NCBI GenBank assembly: GCA_963557245.1
Contig: CAUWDF010000001.1
Location: 1 to 60,772 of the forward strand
Reading direction: 5' to 3'
DNA: 60,772 nucleotides
Origin: an uncultured Bulleidia sp.
GTDB lineage: Bacteria > Bacillota_I > Bacilli_A > Erysipelotrichales > Erysipelotrichaceae
Made by a program: the position numbers and the translations under genes. Of this stretch, positions 34,396 to 45,139 are shown piece after piece. Under the pieces are notes generated by a model. The model was not told where the DNA came from and did no database searches. It worked only from the letters and a program-made list of their open reading frames with translations. How positions within the stretch are numbered: the first letter of the stretch is position 1; every line of letters starts with the position of its first letter.

Positions 34396-35205
34396 TTAAT
34401 GAGTTGTATGCTCATTTTGTACATTATAGAACTCTTCGAATGTACAATCAGGATTCGTTTCGTATATAGCTGTAGCGATATCGACACCTACATAACGATA
34501 GTGCCATGGCATATAGTCATAGCCAGTAATCTTTTCTTTTCCTTTTGGATAACGTTGAATGAATCCATATTCATGTGCATGATCATGTAACCATTGACCT
34601 GCTGGAGTATCTCCAAATGCCTGCGTTGGTGTAGAGTTTGCAGGATCATCTGTAAAATCGATAGCGAGGCCTGTCTGATGTTCGGAGAAACCTGCTTTTT
34701 CAATCTGTTTATCCGCAACGGTATCACCTAAAAGTGCAGAACGAGACTCATAATATTTCTGTTGATCCGCATACGAACGATATCCATTTGTTACAGTCAG
34801 TGAGATCCCTTGTTCATTTGCTGCAGAGATCATTTGTTTAGCCATGTCGCCTGTTTCTTGGTCAATTTGGATGACATCCGTTGTACTGTTAATATAAGGA
34901 GAAGAAAGTGTCTCTGGAACATAATCTGTCGGTAAAGAATGATTTCGATCGACGAGAACCTGTTTGGAAGATGGTGTCAGCAGTTCTTCTGGTAAAGGCA
35001 TCGTTACAGTTGTAGTTGAAGTTGGTGTCTTTGGTGTATTTGATTCTACAATTGCTTTTTTAATATCGTCTTGATGCATGAACGCATAGACTGATAGACC
35101 AAATAAAGAAATTGAGAAAATCAGTAATAAGAGCAATATAACGTTGATTGTGAAGAAACGTTTTTTCTTCGGTTGAGTATTTTCTTGTGGTTTTTTATTT
35201 TCCAT
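34396..35205 (-). CDS. Membrane-anchored M15B (VanY/LdcB-like) peptidase, catalytic Glu replaced
   Basis: TM anchor, GYRS and SEHQTGLAID present, but MPWH in place of EPWH. Confidence 0.88.
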   Translation of the reverse strand: MENKKPQENTQPKKKRFFTINVILLLLLIFSISLFGLSVYAFMHQDDIKKAIVESNTPKTPTSTTTVTMPLPEELLTPSSKQVLVDRNHSLPTDYVPETLSSPYINSTTDVIQIDQETGDMAKQMISAANEQGISLTVTNGYRSYADQQKYYESRSALLGDTVADKQIEKAGFSEHQTGLAIDFTDDPANSTPTQAFGDTPAGQWLHDHAHEYGFIQRYPKGKEKITGYDYMPWHYRYVGVDIATAIYETNPDCTFEEFYNVQNEHTTH

Positions 35206-35359
35206 AATTGATTTATTCCATTACTATTTATAAAATCACACGTATTATAACAAAAAGTGAAAAAAAATGCATAAAGTCAGATTTGTATTGATTTTTGATT
35301 CTCTGACGTCTTTTTTATGGGATTCCTGTATAATATCCTTTACACGGAGGGAAAACAAT

Positions 35360-36196
35360 ATGAATGCGATGCTGATTTTAAATATTGTACTGTTCGGTGT
35401 GACAATTTTCATGATCACACGAATCTTTAAGATGAATAAAAGAAATAAGAAAGGTAAAGCTCTGATTGCTATTGTAAATGCTTTACGTGATAAAGAGGAA
35501 TTCTTTGCTAAAGCAAATGAAATGATTGCAAATTCGGATGAGGAGTTCCAGAACAAAGCAAGAGTATTGAAATTATGGGGTATTGCCTATCATCAGGAAT
35601 TTAAAGAATTCGATGATGTTCTGAATTCGATTGACATGGATAAGTTAATGGAAAAGAACAATAATGGAAATGTTTCTATTGTGATGGATGAAGATTCCTT
35701 TTTCTATATGTACCTTGCTATTCCAAACTTATTAGAAGGAGATCATCGTAGAGATCTTCGTTTAAAGGTAGATGAAAAGATGGCTCCATATGGAGAAATG
35801 CTTGCCAATCAGATGTGTAAAGCTATCCATGATGAATTAAATACATTCTATGATCATACAGGTGATAGAGGTATGGAATTCTATAAGAAGATTCTTTCCG
35901 GTGATTACAAAGATCTTGTTTATGCAAAGTCTATGATTGGTCTCTACAAGAATATCGTTAATGCACACTTAGCTGTTCTATATAAAGAAGCAGGTGATGT
36001 AGAGAAATATGCAGAATGTGAAACAATGCTAGAAGATTTCTCAGAATATGGTGTTGGTGATAGATGGTTGAAGGTATTGAAGTTAACAGTTCGTAAACAT
36101 ACTGAGGATGAAGATGCGGATTCGGAAACATTTAAGATTACAAATGATAGTGCCGCAAAACAAGACGATAAAGATACAAAGGAAACAGAAGAATGA
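35360..36196 (+). CDS. Hypothetical membrane-anchored helical protein
   Basis: GGAGG RBS, N-terminal TM helix, stop overlaps the pth start. Confidence 0.8.
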   Translation: MNAMLILNIVLFGVTIFMITRIFKMNKRNKKGKALIAIVNALRDKEEFFAKANEMIANSDEEFQNKARVLKLWGIAYHQEFKEFDDVLNSIDMDKLMEKNNNGNVSIVMDEDSFFYMYLAIPNLLEGDHRRDLRLKVDEKMAPYGEMLANQMCKAIHDELNTFYDHTGDRGMEFYKKILSGDYKDLVYAKSMIGLYKNIVNAHLAVLYKEAGDVEKYAECETMLEDFSEYGVGDRWLKVLKLTVRKHTEDEDADSETFKITNDSAAKQDDKDTKETEE

Positions 36197-36765
36197 AATT
36201 AATTGTTGGACTTGGCAATCCAGGTCGTGAATACGAAAAAACAAGACATAACAGTGGCTTTATGGCAATGGATTATCTTTGTGATAAGGTCGGTGTGTTC
36301 TTAAATACAGAAAAGTGGAAGGCAAATATTGGTAAGACTGTCATTAATGGAGAACAAGTCTTATTGATGAAGCCATTAACGTATATGAATGAAAGTGGTA
36401 ATGCGGTCATTCAGGCTGTCAATTTTTATAAGATCGCTCCACAGGATATTCTAATTATGCATGATGATATGGATATTCCGGTTGGCTCTTTACGTATTCG
36501 TACAAAAGGGAGTGCAGGTGGACAGAAGGGTATGAAGTCCATTATTCAGCATTTAGGAACTTCCGATCTTGCTAGAATCCGAATTGGAGTTGGGCATAGT
36601 GATCGTGGAAATCATGATCTGGTTCCGGATTGGGTACTTTCTCCTGTTCCAAAAGCCGAACAGGAAGACTTTACATTTGCATTAAGAGCAGCGGCAGATG
36701 CAGCATATGCTTGGGTCACAGAACCTATGGACAAAGTTATGTCGCGTTATAATATTAAGAAGTGA
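36193..36765 (+). CDS. pth: Peptidyl-tRNA hydrolase
   Basis: LIVGLGNPG, TRHNSGF, KPLTYMNESG. Confidence 0.98.
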   Translation: MKLIVGLGNPGREYEKTRHNSGFMAMDYLCDKVGVFLNTEKWKANIGKTVINGEQVLLMKPLTYMNESGNAVIQAVNFYKIAPQDILIMHDDMDIPVGSLRIRTKGSAGGQKGMKSIIQHLGTSDLARIRIGVGHSDRGNHDLVPDWVLSPVPKAEQEDFTFALRAAADAAYAWVTEPMDKVMSRYNIKK

Positions 36766-39700
36766 ACAAAGAAAATAGAACAAAAACAAGTATGCCAAAA
36801 TGGCTACTGAACGAATTAAAGGACAATCCAGCTGTAAAGCAGTTGAATCAGAATAAAGGGGATCTTCCATTCACCTCCTTGGTAGAAGAATCTCTTGTGA
36901 TTGCGGCTGCTTATACACTTAAGAAAAGATCGATCCTTGTCGTGAAACCAAATCTTTATCAAGCACAGCTTCTTTATGATAGAATAGCAGCTCTCCTATC
37001 GGAAGAAGAATGTGCTCTTTTTGGCGCGGATGAATCACTCCGAGTAGAGGCAATCACAGCTTCTCCAGAGATGACAGCGATGAAGACAGAGACAATGGCT
37101 TCTTTATTACAAAATCCGCACCAGGTCGTTATTACATGCCCAAGTGCATGGATGCGCTTATTACCACTACCAGAAGATTTTCGAAATGGCTGTATTTCTT
37201 TAAAGACTGGTCAGAAAATCGATATGAACTCTTTAAAAAGAGCACTTGCGGCGGGTGGATATCGTCCAACGTCCCATATTGATCAGCCTTTAACGTATGC
37301 CGCACGTGGTGGCATTGTAGATGTTTATTCGATCAATTACGATAATCCGATCCGTATCGAATTTTTTGATACGGAGATTGATTCGATTCGTTTTTTTGAT
37401 ACGGCAACGCAGAAGACCGTTGAAGTAGTCGATGCGGTTGAAATTGTGCCAGCGAGTGATGTCATTTTTACAAGTGAACAGATTTCCCAGGTAATAAAAG
37501 AAACGGAAACATTAGGGGAAGAGGTTATGAGTGGCGATATCGAATCGGATCTTCGTTCGATTGAAGCCGGTATCTTTGAACCGCGTTTCTATCCATATAT
37601 GGCTTATTTAGATAAGACAGCTTGTATTACTGATTATATGGATCATCCTCTCATTCTTTTATCCGATGAGACTGCCATCCATGAGAACCAAAAATCACTA
37701 ATAGATGAAACCATATCCTATATTCAGGAAATGGTTCAAGAGAAGAAATTATTACCGAAATATGTTGTATGGCATGAACCTTCTTCACTTATAAAAGGAT
37801 ATAAAGTACTACGCGAGGATCCTTTCATTGATAATATTTCGATGATTGAAGAGGTCCATCTTCCAAATGAACCATTAGATATGCGTCTTAAGATGGTCAA
37901 TGGAGCAGGGAAGATAGTACTGGCATTACCAGAAAAAGAATATAAGAGAGTGATACAGATCTGTATCAATCAACATATTGCCTATCATTTATTGACGGAT
38001 GGAGAAGTAGAGAATGGAATCAATCTCTATCTTGCTAATTTTATACAAGGATTCCGGATTGGACGGGATTCGTTACAAGTCTATACAGCAGCGGAACTTT
38101 TTGAAGTTCGTCATCATCATGGTCGATATGAAAATAAGTTCCGTAATGCCGAAGTTATTCATGGTTATGATGATTTAGAACCAGGTGACTATATTGTCCA
38201 TGCCAATTATGGAGTGGGCCAGTATATTGGTATTGAGACACGTAAGATTCAAGATGTGAAACGTGACTTCTTAAAGGTTGTTTATAAAGGAAATGCAGAA
38301 CTTCTTGTGCCATTAGAGCAGTTCCGTCTTGTGCGTAAATTTGTTTCACGTGAAGGTGTTGTACCAAAGTTGAACAAGCTTGGTAGTGGTGATTGGGAAA
38401 AGACAAAGAAGAGATTACAAGAAAATGTAGAAGATATTGCCGAACGTTTGATCGATCTATATGCAAATCGTGAGACGCATATTGGTTATGCTTTCTCGAA
38501 GGACAATGAACTGATGGAAAAGTTTGAGAGTGAATTCCCATATGAACTGACACCAGATCAGAAGAAAGCAGTAGAAGATATTAAGACCGATATGGAATCC
38601 AATAAACCAATGGATCGTCTTGTCTGTGGCGATGTTGGCTTTGGTAAGACGGAAGTATCTATTTTAGCTTCTTTTAAGGCGGTCAATGACCATAAACAGG
38701 TAGCTGTGCTCTGTCCAACAACAATCTTAGCTGAACAACATTTTCATACGTTCTCAAAGCGCTATAAAGATTATCCTGTTGAGATACGTGTATTGGATCG
38801 TTTCGTATCCGCAAAAGAAGTTCGTGATACTTTAAAAGATACCGAAGAAGGAAAAGTAGATATCTTGATTGGTACACATCGTCTTTTATCGAAAGATGTG
38901 CATTTTAAAGATCTTGGTCTTTTGATTGTTGATGAAGAACAGCGCTTTGGTGTCGAACACAAAGAAAAAATTAAAGAGATGAAGAATAATATTGATGTCT
39001 TAACATTGAGTGCGACACCGATTCCACGTACATTACAGATGTCTCTTGTTGGAATACGTCAGTTATCGCAGTTAGAGACACCGCCTTTAAACCGCTATTC
39101 CGTTCAGACATATGTCGTCGAGAAGAATGAGGGTCTCATCAAGAGTGCGATTGAACGTGAATTGTCTCGTCAGGGACAGGTCTTCTATCTCTATAATAAT
39201 ATTGAACATATTTACAATGTTGTACGCAAGTTACAAGATATGGTGCCAAATGCAAGAGTTGGTGTTGTACATGGCAAGATGTCTCGTGAAGATATTGAAG
39301 ATGTCATGATGCAGTTCAATGATCATGAATTGGATATTTTGGTATGTACAACGATTGTTGAAAATGGAATCGATGTTCCGAATGCGAATACAATCTTCAT
39401 TGAGAATGCACAGGACTTTGGTCTTGCCCAGATTTATCAAATTAAAGGACGTGTTGGTCGTAGTGATCGTGTCGCCTATGCGTATTTACTTATTCCACCA
39501 CGTCGTCAGTTATCGGAAGTTGCTCAGAAGCGATTACAGGCTGTTAAAGAATTTGCTAAGTTAGGTTCGGGTTATAAGATTGCTATGCGTGATCTTACGA
39601 TTCGTGGTGCAGGTGACTTATTAGGACAGTCTCAGTCTGGATTTATTGATACCGTTGGTATTGATATGTATATTGAGATGCTGGAAGAAGCAATCCAAGC

Positions 39701-40199
39701 GAAGAAGGAAGGTCGCAAAGTAGCGCAACAAGAAGTGACTGCGAATGCAAATATCCGTAAGACAAGTTATATTCCAGATTCATTTGCGCCAGATGATTTT
39801 GATAAGCTGGATTTATATCATAAGATCGATGCGATGCAGACGGAACAAGATTTAGAAGTGTACCGTAAAGATATAGTGGATCAGTATGGCCGTTTACCAA
39901 AAGAAGTGAATACCTTATTTGAAAAGCGTAAGTTAGAAATTTTATTAGATGATCCGATTGTTTCGAATTATAAAGAGACACCAAAGAATATTGAAATTAC
40001 ACTTTCTTCTTTATATTCGCAACGTATCGATGGTGTTCTCTTATTTGAAACTCTAACAAAAGTATCCAAAGATATTACCCTCCGATATACGGGTGGAAGT
40101 ATCCATATAATCATTCCTAAAGGAAAGAAAGATCTCCAAATGGCTGCGGAAAGTATCCGTACGGCAAGAGAGTCTATGAGAAAAGATGATGAGAATTGA
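36762..40199 (+). CDS. mfd: Transcription-repair coupling factor
   Basis: [33 protein letters not shown]. Confidence 0.98.
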   Translation: MNKENRTKTSMPKWLLNELKDNPAVKQLNQNKGDLPFTSLVEESLVIAAAYTLKKRSILVVKPNLYQAQLLYDRIAALLSEEECALFGADESLRVEAITASPEMTAMKTETMASLLQNPHQVVITCPSAWMRLLPLPEDFRNGCISLKTGQKIDMNSLKRALAAGGYRPTSHIDQPLTYAARGGIVDVYSINYDNPIRIEFFDTEIDSIRFFDTATQKTVEVVDAVEIVPASDVIFTSEQISQVIKETETLGEEVMSGDIESDLRSIEAGIFEPRFYPYMAYLDKTACITDYMDHPLILLSDETAIHENQKSLIDETISYIQEMVQEKKLLPKYVVWHEPSSLIKGYKVLREDPFIDNISMIEEVHLPNEPLDMRLKMVNGAGKIVLALPEKEYKRVIQICINQHIAYHLLTDGEVENGINLYLANFIQGFRIGRDSLQVYTAAELFEVRHHHGRYENKFRNAEVIHGYDDLEPGDYIVHANYGVGQYIGIETRKIQDVKRDFLKVVYKGNAELLVPLEQFRLVRKFVSREGVVPKLNKLGSGDWEKTKKRLQENVEDIAERLIDLYANRETHIGYAFSKDNELMEKFESEFPYELTPDQKKAVEDIKTDMESNKPMDRLVCGDVGFGKTEVSILASFKAVNDHKQVAVLCPTTILAEQHFHTFSKRYKDYPVEIRVLDRFVSAKEVRDTLKDTEEGKVDILIGTHRLLSKDVHFKDLGLLIVDEEQRFGVEHKEKIKEMKNNIDVLTLSATPIPRTLQMSLVGIRQLSQLETPPLNRYSVQTYVVEKNEGLIKSAIERELSRQGQVFYLYNNIEHIYNVVRKLQDMVPNARVGVVHGKMSREDIEDVMMQFNDHELDILVCTTIVENGIDVPNANTIFIENAQDFGLAQIYQIKGRVGRSDRVAYAYLLIPPRRQLSEVAQKRLQAVKEFAKLGSGYKIAMRDLTIRGAGDLLGQSQSGFIDTVGIDMYIEMLEEAIQAKKEGRKVAQQEVTANANIRKTSYIPDSFAPDDFDKLDLYHKIDAMQTEQDLEVYRKDIVDQYGRLPKEVNTLFEKRKLEILLDDPIVSNYKETPKNIEITLSSLYSQRIDGVLLFETLTKVSKDITLRYTGGSIHIIIPKGKKDLQMAAESIRTARESMRKDDEN

Positions 40200-40461
40200 T
40201 AAATATTTAAAAGTATCCCGTATTCTGAAAAGAAGAACGGTATCTAGAGAGCTAGCATTGAATCAAAGAATCGAGATTAATGGTCGGATTGTAAAACCAA
40301 GTCATGAGGTCAATGCTGGTGATATTGTTGCGATTACATTTGGTAATCGTCGCTTAGAGATTCGTGTCTTATCGACACAAGAAGTGAAGCGTAAAGAAGA
40401 AGCTTCCGAACTCTATGAAGTTATCAGCGAATCTCGTACAGAAAATACTGTAAATGAATAA
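40186..40461 (+). CDS. rqcP: S4-domain protein YabO/RqcP (Hsp15 family)
   Basis: [17 protein letters not shown]; located after mfd. Confidence 0.9.
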   Translation: MMRIDKYLKVSRILKRRTVSRELALNQRIEINGRIVKPSHEVNAGDIVAITFGNRRLEIRVLSTQEVKRKEEASELYEVISESRTENTVNE

Positions 40462-40494
40462 AACGTGTTAAAATACAGGAAACAGGAGATTCCC

Positions 40495-40818
40495 ATGACG
40501 ACTACGATTACAAAACAAAAGAAGAAAAAGAAAAAACTTACACCTGTCACAAAATTAATTTGTGTATTATTACTCTTTGTGAGTGCGGGTCTTGTCTATA
40601 GTGTCGTTAAGGAAATACTGACGACTGTCCGTCTGCAACAACAACTTGCGGAAGTACAAGTGAAGTTACAGGAAGTACAAGATGAGAACGACTATTTGAA
40701 TTCGGAAAAAGAAAAATTGCAAGATCCCGATTATGTCGAAACCTATGCACGTGGTAAATACCAATTATCCAAAGATGGTGAGCAGATATTTTATTTACCA
40801 GAAAAAAAAGATAAGTAA
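40495..40818 (+). CDS. divIC: Septum formation initiator DivIC/FtsB
   Basis: TM helix plus coiled coil plus DPDYVETYARGKYQLSKDGE. Confidence 0.92.
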   Translation: MTTTITKQKKKKKKLTPVTKLICVLLLFVSAGLVYSVVKEILTTVRLQQQLAEVQVKLQEVQDENDYLNSEKEKLQDPDYVETYARGKYQLSKDGEQIFYLPEKKDK

Positions 40819-40974
40819 TAAGATTGAAACCTTGACAGTGGAATAGAAAACTGGATGGGTTTCTTTTTTTGTGATTTCCTATATATCGGAACAAAATATA
40901 CTTTATTTGTTGTGTTTTTAAAGAACACTTTCATATAAAATATACGAGGGAAATTTTGTCTTGGAGGGCATTAT

Positions 40975-41835
40975 ATGAAAAAAGTAAATTGGGGTGATTT
41001 CCTACAGGAGGCCATAGTCATTACATTTGCAACTGTGATTGTAGCGGCATCGGTATTCTTCTTTTTAGTTCCATCATCCGCAAGTGTCAGTAGTATTTCT
41101 GGTCTTGGTATTGTTGTTTCACAGTTAGTACCGATTACGGTAGGACAGTTCACTTTATTGATGAATGTGATCTTACTTGTGATAGGATTTATATTTTGTG
41201 GTAAAGAATTTGGTCTTAAGACCGTTTATACAAGTTTTCTAATTCCAATTTTGATTCAGGTATTTGAAAGAACATTCCCTAACTTTACTTCTTTAACTGG
41301 AAGTGATGCATTAGATGTTGTATGTTATGTTTTTTTTGTATCCATTGGTCTAAGTATTCTCTTTAATCGGAATGCTAGTTCAGGAGGAATTGATGTCATT
41401 GTTAAGTTAATGAATAAATATCTGCATATTGAACTAGGTAAAGCTATGATTATTGCAGGCATGGTCGTTGCAATGTCGGGTATCTTTGTATTCCCACCAC
41501 GTACCGTTCTTCTTTCTATATTAGGTACATATGCAAATGGTATTGTATTAGATCATTTTATCTTCGGTCAGACATTGAAGAAGAGAGTATGTATTGTTTC
41601 TAAGAATCCAGATATTGTACGTAACTATATTGTTCATCAATTGCATTCTGGTGCGACCGTTTATGAAGCAAAAGGAGCTTATGGATTAGAGTCACGTGAA
41701 GAGGTTGTTGCTATCGTTGATAATCAGGAATATCGTAAGTTATATACATGGATTACAGAAAATGATCCAGATGCATTCGTTTCTGTCTATAATGTTGCAG
41801 AAATGAGATATCAGAAGAAAATAATTAATAATTGA
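40975..41835 (+). CDS. YitT family membrane protein (DUF161/DUF2179)
   Basis: NASSGGIDVI, HSGATVYEAKGAYG, DPDAFVSV. Confidence 0.9.
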   Translation: MKKVNWGDFLQEAIVITFATVIVAASVFFFLVPSSASVSSISGLGIVVSQLVPITVGQFTLLMNVILLVIGFIFCGKEFGLKTVYTSFLIPILIQVFERTFPNFTSLTGSDALDVVCYVFFVSIGLSILFNRNASSGGIDVIVKLMNKYLHIELGKAMIIAGMVVAMSGIFVFPPRTVLLSILGTYANGIVLDHFIFGQTLKKRVCIVSKNPDIVRNYIVHQLHSGATVYEAKGAYGLESREEVVAIVDNQEYRKLYTWITENDPDAFVSVYNVAEMRYQKKIINN

Positions 41836-41918
41836 GCTATCGCTAGGAACGGAGATTCCAAATGAATGGAGAAATCCGATGACTTTCAGTCTCCGTTCGT
41901 GAGAAGCGATAGCTTTTT
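41835..41918 (+). terminator. Unusually long branched stem-loop with U tract after yitT
   Basis: AGCTATCGCT/AGCGATAGCT and GAACGGAGA/TCTCCGTTC stems followed by a T tract. Confidence 0.7.
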
Positions 41919-41974
41919 CATATAGTGCATGAATCTATACAATTCTGTATAATATAGGTTGGCAGGAGAGAGAT

Positions 41975-42526
41975 ATGCGTAATCTTGAAATAAAAACGAA
42001 AACGAAGAACTATCGTTTTCATGGTCAGATTTTAAATCTTCGTGAAGATACAGCAGAAACACCAGATGGACAACTTGTAAGTCGTGAAGTGGTAGAACAT
42101 CCAGGTGGTGTTGGAATTGCTCTCGAAGATACAGATGGAACTTTCTTTTTTGTAGAGCAGTGGCGTTATGCGCAAGAAAAAGTGACTTTAGAATATCCGG
42201 CTGGAAAAAGAGAACCAGGTGAAGATGATCTATCTACCGCAAAGCGTGAAATTGTAGAAGAAACAGGTTATGAAGGTACAGATTGGGTCTATCTTGGAGA
42301 GATGTGTCCGACTCCTGCATATGATACTGAGACAATCGGAATGTACTATGCAAAGAAAGGAAAATATTTAGGACAGCATCTGGATGCGGACGAATATGTT
42401 CACATTCAGAAATATACATTGGATGAGATTACCGATAAGATCGTTCAAGGTGAAGTTCCGGATGCGAAGACAATCGGAATGACAATGCTTGTCCGCGAAT
42501 TTAAGCAAAGAGGAAAAATAAGATGA
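41975..42526 (+). CDS. nudF: NUDIX hydrolase, ADP-ribose pyrophosphatase-like
   Basis: REVVEHPGGV, LEYPAGKREPGE...AKREIVEETG. Confidence 0.85.
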   Translation: MRNLEIKTKTKNYRFHGQILNLREDTAETPDGQLVSREVVEHPGGVGIALEDTDGTFFFVEQWRYAQEKVTLEYPAGKREPGEDDLSTAKREIVEETGYEGTDWVYLGEMCPTPAYDTETIGMYYAKKGKYLGQHLDADEYVHIQKYTLDEITDKIVQGEVPDAKTIGMTMLVREFKQRGKIR

Positions 42527-43224
42527 AAATTGGCATAATCGGCGCAATGAAGTCCGAAGTAGAGTATTTAAAAAATCATATGCGCGTCAGCAACTCTGTC
42601 GTTATTGCAGGACAGGAATACTTAGAAGGTAAGTTAGGTTCTGTGGAAGCCGTTATCGTAGAATGTGGCGTTGGTAAAGTAAGAGCGGCAATGGCAGCGC
42701 AGGCACTGTGTGATCATTTTCATATTACTCATTTGATCAATACAGGTGTTGCTGGTTCTTTAAATAATGAAATTAACATTGGGGATATTGTCATTTCTGA
42801 AGATGCTGTATTCCATGATGTAGATGCAGTGAACTTTGGTTATGATCTAGGTGAAGTGCCAGGGGTTGGAACACTGTACTATAAAGCAGATCCTATGTTA
42901 CATGATCTTGCAGTGAAAGCTGTAGAAAAGGTCGCACCAGACGTTCGTGCTTTTGAAGGTAGAGTTGCAACAGGGGATAGCTTTATTCGTTCTCAGGAAA
43001 AGAAGCAGTGGATTCGTGAGCATTTTGACGCAGATTGTACAGAGATGGAAGGTTGCGCGATTGCTGAAACAGCATTTTTACATGAGATTCCTTTTGTAAT
43101 TATTCGTGCAATATCCGATAAAGCGGATGAATCTGTTGAAGAGAGCTACGAGATCTTTGAAGAAAAGGCCGCAAAACACTGTGCACGTATTGTCCGTTTT
43201 ATGCTTGAAAATATGGATGAATAA
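42523..43224 (+). CDS. mtnN: 5'-methylthioadenosine/S-adenosylhomocysteine nucleosidase
   Basis: IGIIGAM, GVGKV, EMEGCAIA, RAISDKAD. Confidence 0.96.
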   Translation: MKIGIIGAMKSEVEYLKNHMRVSNSVVIAGQEYLEGKLGSVEAVIVECGVGKVRAAMAAQALCDHFHITHLINTGVAGSLNNEINIGDIVISEDAVFHDVDAVNFGYDLGEVPGVGTLYYKADPMLHDLAVKAVEKVAPDVRAFEGRVATGDSFIRSQEKKQWIREHFDADCTEMEGCAIAETAFLHEIPFVIIRAISDKADESVEESYEIFEEKAAKHCARIVRFMLENMDE

Positions 43225-43226
43225 TT

Positions 43227-44018
43227 ATGACTAAGAAGTTATCTTTATTAGGTATTATCTTATTTATCATTGTATGTGGAACGGTAGGTTGTGTTTTGAT
43301 CAAGTCGGATGCGTTCCATCCAGCCCCAACTGTATCAGAGGGCGAAGGGACTTCGAGTGAAGAAATAGAATCCAATCAGGAAGAAGAATCTTCCGCAATA
43401 AAAGAGCAGGATTCGGAACAGGATGACCGCTTTTTTAATACTAATAGTCTTCTTATTATTGCCAATAAGAAACATGCCCTACCAGAAGGCTATGAACCAA
43501 GTGATCTGCGTCAAGTCAATGTCCCAATCAATACCAATCAATGGCAGATGCGTGAGGAAGCAGCGAGTGCATTAGAAAAGATGTTTGCTGCTGCAGCTGA
43601 AGATGGGATTACTTTGAGTGCTTGTTCGGGATATCGTTCAGAAGCCTATCAGAGTGAGCTATACAATAGTTACGTTCAGAAATATAGTGTTGAACGCGCG
43701 GATGCGATTTCTTCTCGTCCAGGCTATTCGGATCATCAGACAGGTCTTGCTATGGATATTGGAGATCATGATCAAGCAACGGTCTTTACCGAGGCAATGG
43801 AAAATACCCCAGAGGGACAGTGGTTATATGTCCATGCGCATGAATATGGGTTTATCTTACGTTATCCAAAAGGAAAAGAAGAGATTACCGGTTATGCGTA
43901 TGAACCATGGCATTATCGTTATGTAGGAGTCGAACCAGCTACAGCTATTTATACTGTTTCACCCGATGAGACAATGGAAGAATATTTTAAATTAGCTGGT
44001 GGAAATTATTTGGAATAG
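43227..44018 (+). CDS. M15B (VanY/LdcB-like) carboxypeptidase
   Basis: SGYRS, SDHQTGLAMD and YEPWH all intact. Confidence 0.92.
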   Translation: MTKKLSLLGIILFIIVCGTVGCVLIKSDAFHPAPTVSEGEGTSSEEIESNQEEESSAIKEQDSEQDDRFFNTNSLLIIANKKHALPEGYEPSDLRQVNVPINTNQWQMREEAASALEKMFAAAAEDGITLSACSGYRSEAYQSELYNSYVQKYSVERADAISSRPGYSDHQTGLAMDIGDHDQATVFTEAMENTPEGQWLYVHAHEYGFILRYPKGKEEITGYAYEPWHYRYVGVEPATAIYTVSPDETMEEYFKLAGGNYLE

Positions 44019-44189
44019 GATTCTTGAGAGTACAAATTTTAGCCTGTTGACTATATTTACTTGTCGACAGGCTAATCTATTATTATATGACATATATATT
44101 TTTTTTGGTCTGTAAAATAATTGTAGAGGGACTGATCTCAAAGGTATAAAAGTGGTCCTTTTTGTGTCCTTGAGCACTGTATGCCCTAG

Positions 44190-44481
44190 GGGAGTTCATA
44201 CATCTTTTGTGGAACATAATGGGAATTTAAGAAGAAGTCAGGGACAAAAGGCGAGTGGTTGAAAGCGTATTTAGTAGCTTGGTCAGGATGACATTTTTAC
44301 TATAAAGATTTTCTTGGGAAAGAAGCTAGAACAGTCGGTATTCTTTCTTTAGAAAATGAGAAAGTATATACTCTTTCCGGTGGTGAGGTACAAAGAGTTT
44401 CTTTAGCCCGTACTATGATTTAACAGGGCTTCTTCTGCAGATCGAACATTCCATCTACAAAGTGGACAAATGGTCAAATAG
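44190..44481 (+). pseudogene. Decayed remnant: lactococcin-972-like bacteriocin fragment fused to ABC ATPase fragments
   Basis: HTSFVEHNGN / GEWLKAY...*HFYYK, then KVYTLSGGEVQRVSLAR* (LSGG at 44373), then an out-of-frame ADRTFHLQSGQMVK*. Confidence 0.6.
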
Positions 44482-44535
44482 AAATTTTGTTGAGAATGCT
44501 ATACTTAATAGTAATATCTGTTGAGGAGGAGCAGG

Positions 44536-44799
44536 ATGCAAGATAAGATAATGCGCATAGGCCATATTGTAATGACGGTTCTATTATTGGCCTTGTGGGG
44601 AATGCTGATGGTGCTTTCATCTACGACAATAATTGAGACACATTTGAATTATGTATGTTTTGGAATTCTTCTTTTTGTGGCAGTATGGATCGTACTTGAA
44701 AAAGTAATTGGATATGCGCTAGAAATATCTAAAAATAAACAGAAAGTATTCGTCATCTTAGCCATGATCCTATTAGCACGTATGTTATTATTCTCATAA
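44536..44799 (+). CDS. Small hydrophobic membrane protein (about 3 TM)
   Basis: GAGGAG RBS, TGcTATACT extended -10 upstream, 87 aa. Confidence 0.75.
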   Translation: MQDKIMRIGHIVMTVLLLALWGMLMVLSSTTIIETHLNYVCFGILLFVAVWIVLEKVIGYALEISKNKQKVFVILAMILLARMLLFS

Positions 44800-45139
44800 A
44801 AATTGGATAGCATATTATTTCGATGCATTGCAGTTCTCTGCTATGCTGTAATGCAAACGTCTTCCGTTATACACATAGAATGCGTTCATGATTTCGATTC
44901 TTCGTTTTTAAATATTGTATAAGTCTATATGAATTGATCTTGTTTTTTTGGCAAATGTATGTGTAGATAGCCCTTAAGGGTATGGTAGAGCCACTGACTT
45001 GTTCGGTGGCTTTCTTCGTTATTTCATTTTTATAATATTTCTAATTCAGGAAAGATATAGGATAAAACTTGTGAATAGGTAAAGTATCCCTTTGGATATC
45101 TTGAGAATGAATGCGGATATTCATGTTATAATTATGACC

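Noticed and set aside
38342-38357. parS-like TGTTTCACGTGAAGGT in mfd
   Set aside because: Right arm is broken (13/16) and the site lies in coding sequence (FVSREG).
41856-41890. Hammerhead-like CCGATGA and GAAA in the yitT 3' structure
   Set aside because: Order and spacing of the core elements do not fit any hammerhead topology.
34396-44018. VanY-like genes as vancomycin resistance determinants
   Set aside because: No vanA/H/X/R/S context; M15B enzymes are common housekeeping peptidoglycan peptidases.
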